Origin: a virus
Lineage: Duplodnaviria > Heunggongvirae > Uroviricota > Caudoviricetes
Strand: one strand, 5' to 3'
Virus record (IMG/VR): IMGVR_UViG_2908567220_000001
Coordinates: 1-37,322 of that record
DNA length: 37,322 bases
How positions within the stretch are numbered: position 1 is the stretch's first letter; each line of letters starts with the position of its first letter. A model generated the notes under the pieces. That model worked only from the letters and a program-made list of their open reading frames with translations. It made no database searches and had not been told where the DNA came from. Below are positions 35,394-37,322 of this stretch, piece by piece. The position numbers and the translations under genes were made by a program.

Positions 35394-35588
35394 ATGAGAT
35401 ATGACAATATTAAACCATGTCCATTTTGTGGTTGCCCATCAGTAACGGTGAAAGCCATTTCAGGATATTACCGAGCGAAGTGTAACGGATGCGAATCCCG
35501 AACCGGTTATGGTGGAAGTGAAAAAGAAGCACTCGAAAGATGGAATAAACGAACCACTGGAAATAATAATGGAGGTGTTCATGTATAA
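35394..35588 (+). CDS. ralR: restriction-alleviation protein (Lar/RalR-like), Cys4 zinc ribbon
   Basis: ATG at 35394 gives 64 aa; CPFCG...CNGC motif; position after recT. Confidence 0.65.
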   Translation: MRYDNIKPCPFCGCPSVTVKAISGYYRAKCNGCESRTGYGGSEKEALERWNKRTTGNNNGGVHV

Positions 35589-35745
35589 AATTACCGCCAC
35601 TATTGAAAAGGAAGGTGGCACTCCTACTAACTGGACAAGATATTCAAAATCTAAACTAACGAAATCAGAATGCGAAAAAATGCTCTCAGGTAAAAAAAGA
35701 AGCAGGCGTTTCCAGAGAGCAGAAAGTAAAACTGATAAATTTTAA
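35581..35745 (+). CDS. small basic hypothetical protein (54 aa)
   Basis: ATG at 35581 with GGAGG RBS, overlaps the ralR stop; MYKITATIEKEGGTPTNWTRYSKSKLTKSECEKML... Confidence 0.55.
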   Translation: MYKITATIEKEGGTPTNWTRYSKSKLTKSECEKMLSGKKRSRRFQRAESKTDKF

Positions 35746-35869
35746 TTGCGAGAAACTTCAGTCCTCGAGAATTGCATTGTATTCAAATTAAAACTTCATA
35801 GCTGATTATTAATAATCAACATCGGGCGTCAATTTCAGTCTAACATTGGCGCCTGCCAGAGGTGATGCG

Positions 35870-36085
35870 ATGGCACAAGTAATCTTTAATGAAGAGTGGA
35901 TGGTTGAATACGGCCTGATGCTTCGCACTGGTCTGGGGGCCAGACAAATTGAAGCATACCGCCAGAACTGTTGGGTGGAGGGCTTCCACTTCAAACGAGT
36001 ATCTCCTTTAGGTAAGCCAGACAGCAAACGAGGGATTATCTGGTACAACTATCCAAAGATAAATCAGTTTATCAAAGACTCATGA
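35870..36085 (+). CDS. xisR: excisionase
   Basis: ATG at 35870 with AGAGGTGA RBS; 71 aa; immediately upstream of the integrase. Confidence 0.75.
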   Translation: MAQVIFNEEWMVEYGLMLRTGLGARQIEAYRQNCWVEGFHFKRVSPLGKPDSKRGIIWYNYPKINQFIKDS

Positions 36086-36086
36086 T

Positions 36087-37322
36087 ATGTCTAAATTACC
36101 AACAGGTGTCGAGATTAGAGGTAGATACATTCGCATCTGGTTCATGTTTCGAGGAAAACGATGTCGGGAAACATTAAAAGGCTGGGAGATTACAAACAGT
36201 AATATTAAAAAGGCCGGAAATTTAAGAGCGCTGATAGTTCATGAAATAAACTCCGGTGAATTTGAGTATTTAAGACGTTTTCCCCAGTCCAGCACTGGGG
36301 CAAAAATGGTGACAACGAGAGTCATAAAAACGTTCGGAGAGCTTTGTGATATCTGGACAAAAATTAAAGAGACAGAGTTAACAACAAACACAATGAAGAA
36401 AACGAAATCACAATTAAAAACACTCAGAATAATAATTTGTGAAAGTACCCCGATATCACATATTCGTTATAGCGATATCTTAAACTACCGGAATGAACTG
36501 CTGCATGGAGAAACGCTTTACCTGGATAATCCAAGATCCAACAAAAAAGGAAGAACCGTGCGCACAGTTGATAACTATATCGCCCTGCTCTGTTCGCTGT
36601 TGCGTTTTGCGTATCAGTCGGGATTTATATCAACCAAACCATTTGAAGGAGTAAAAAAATTACAGCGAAACAGAATAAAGCCTGATCCGTTATCTAAAAC
36701 AGAATTCAATGCATTAATGGAAAGTGAAAAAGGACAGAGCCAGAACTTGTGGAAATTTGCCGTTTACTCAGGACTTCGTCACGGGGAACTGGCAGCTCTG
36801 GCGTGGGAGGATGTGGATCTCGAAAAGGGAATAGTGAATGTCAGAAGAAACCTGACGATACTTGATATGTTCGGCCCCCCAAAAACAAATGCCGGGATCC
36901 GAACAGTAACACTACTGCAGCCTGCTCTTGAAGCACTGAAGGAGCAATACAAACTGACCGGGCATCATCGCAAAAGCGAAATCACCTTTTATCATCGGGA
37001 GTACGGCAGAACCGAAAAGCAAAAACTGCATTTTGTTTTCATGCCCAGGGTGTGTAACGGAAAACAAAAACCTTATTACTCGGTAAGCAGTTTGGGGGCA
37101 AGGTGGAATGCAGCAGTAAAACGTGCTGGTATTCGCCGCCGTAATCCGTACCATACGCGGCATACTTTTGCCTGCTGGCTGTTGACGGCAGGAGCGAACC
37201 CGGCATTTATAGCCAGCCAAATGGGGCATGAAACTGCGCAGATGGTGTATGAAATTTACGGTATGTGGATTGATGACATGAACGACGAACAGATAGCCAT
37301 GTTGAATGCGCGGTTATCGTAG
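36087..37322 (+). CDS. intR: tyrosine site-specific integrase
   Basis: 411-aa ORF; catalytic-domain residues (R...H..R...HTRHT...Y) near the C-terminus; stop codon is the last 3 bases of the window. Confidence 0.9.
   Translation: MSKLPTGVEIRGRYIRIWFMFRGKRCRETLKGWEITNSNIKKAGNLRALIVHEINSGEFEYLRRFPQSSTGAKMVTTRVIKTFGELCDIWTKIKETELTTNTMKKTKSQLKTLRIIICESTPISHIRYSDILNYRNELLHGETLYLDNPRSNKKGRTVRTVDNYIALLCSLLRFAYQSGFISTKPFEGVKKLQRNRIKPDPLSKTEFNALMESEKGQSQNLWKFAVYSGLRHGELAALAWEDVDLEKGIVNVRRNLTILDMFGPPKTNAGIRTVTLLQPALEALKEQYKLTGHHRKSEITFYHREYGRTEKQKLHFVFMPRVCNGKQKPYYSVSSLGARWNAAVKRAGIRRRNPYHTRHTFACWLLTAGANPAFIASQMGHETAQMVYEIYGMWIDDMNDEQIAMLNARLS

Overview
This window is a mosaic lambdoid prophage of an enterobacterial (E. 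coli-like) host, read in reverse orientation relative to the usual lambda map. Left to right: (1) 1-13820, minus strand, a lambda/phage-21-like morphogenesis operon (L partial, M, H, G/T with GGGAAAG frameshift, V, U, Z, FII, FI, E, D, C, B, W, A, Nu1); (2) cosN at 13997-14008 with CCGACATGA repeats in cosB; (3) a phage-21-type lysis cassette on the minus strand (S21 pinholin, DUF1327-like protein, SAR endolysin, Rz/Rz1) containing extra small membrane-protein ORFs and one opposite-strand ORF; (4) two minus-strand tRNAs (Gly-UCC, Thr-UGU) between a Q-like antiterminator and the holin; (5) nin-region genes; (6) an AT-rich plus-strand gene split by a complete IS5 (1195 bp, CTAA duplication), which reconstitutes in frame to about 824 aa with an HsdR-N-like PD-(D/E)xK nuclease domain fused to a P-loop NTPase. 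This is my best candidate for an undescribed single-gene anti-phage defence system; (7) a Rac-type early region (ydaV and ydaU replication genes, ydaT split by a 1310-bp IS629-like element, ydaS, racR with flanking operator palindromes, sieB, kilR, ydaE, racC, recE, recT, ralR, xis, int). The int stop codon is the last base of the window, so the attachment site lies outside it. Family assignments rest on motifs, lengths, synteny and recalled similarity; no database search was run. Coordinates were checked against the supplied ORF track.
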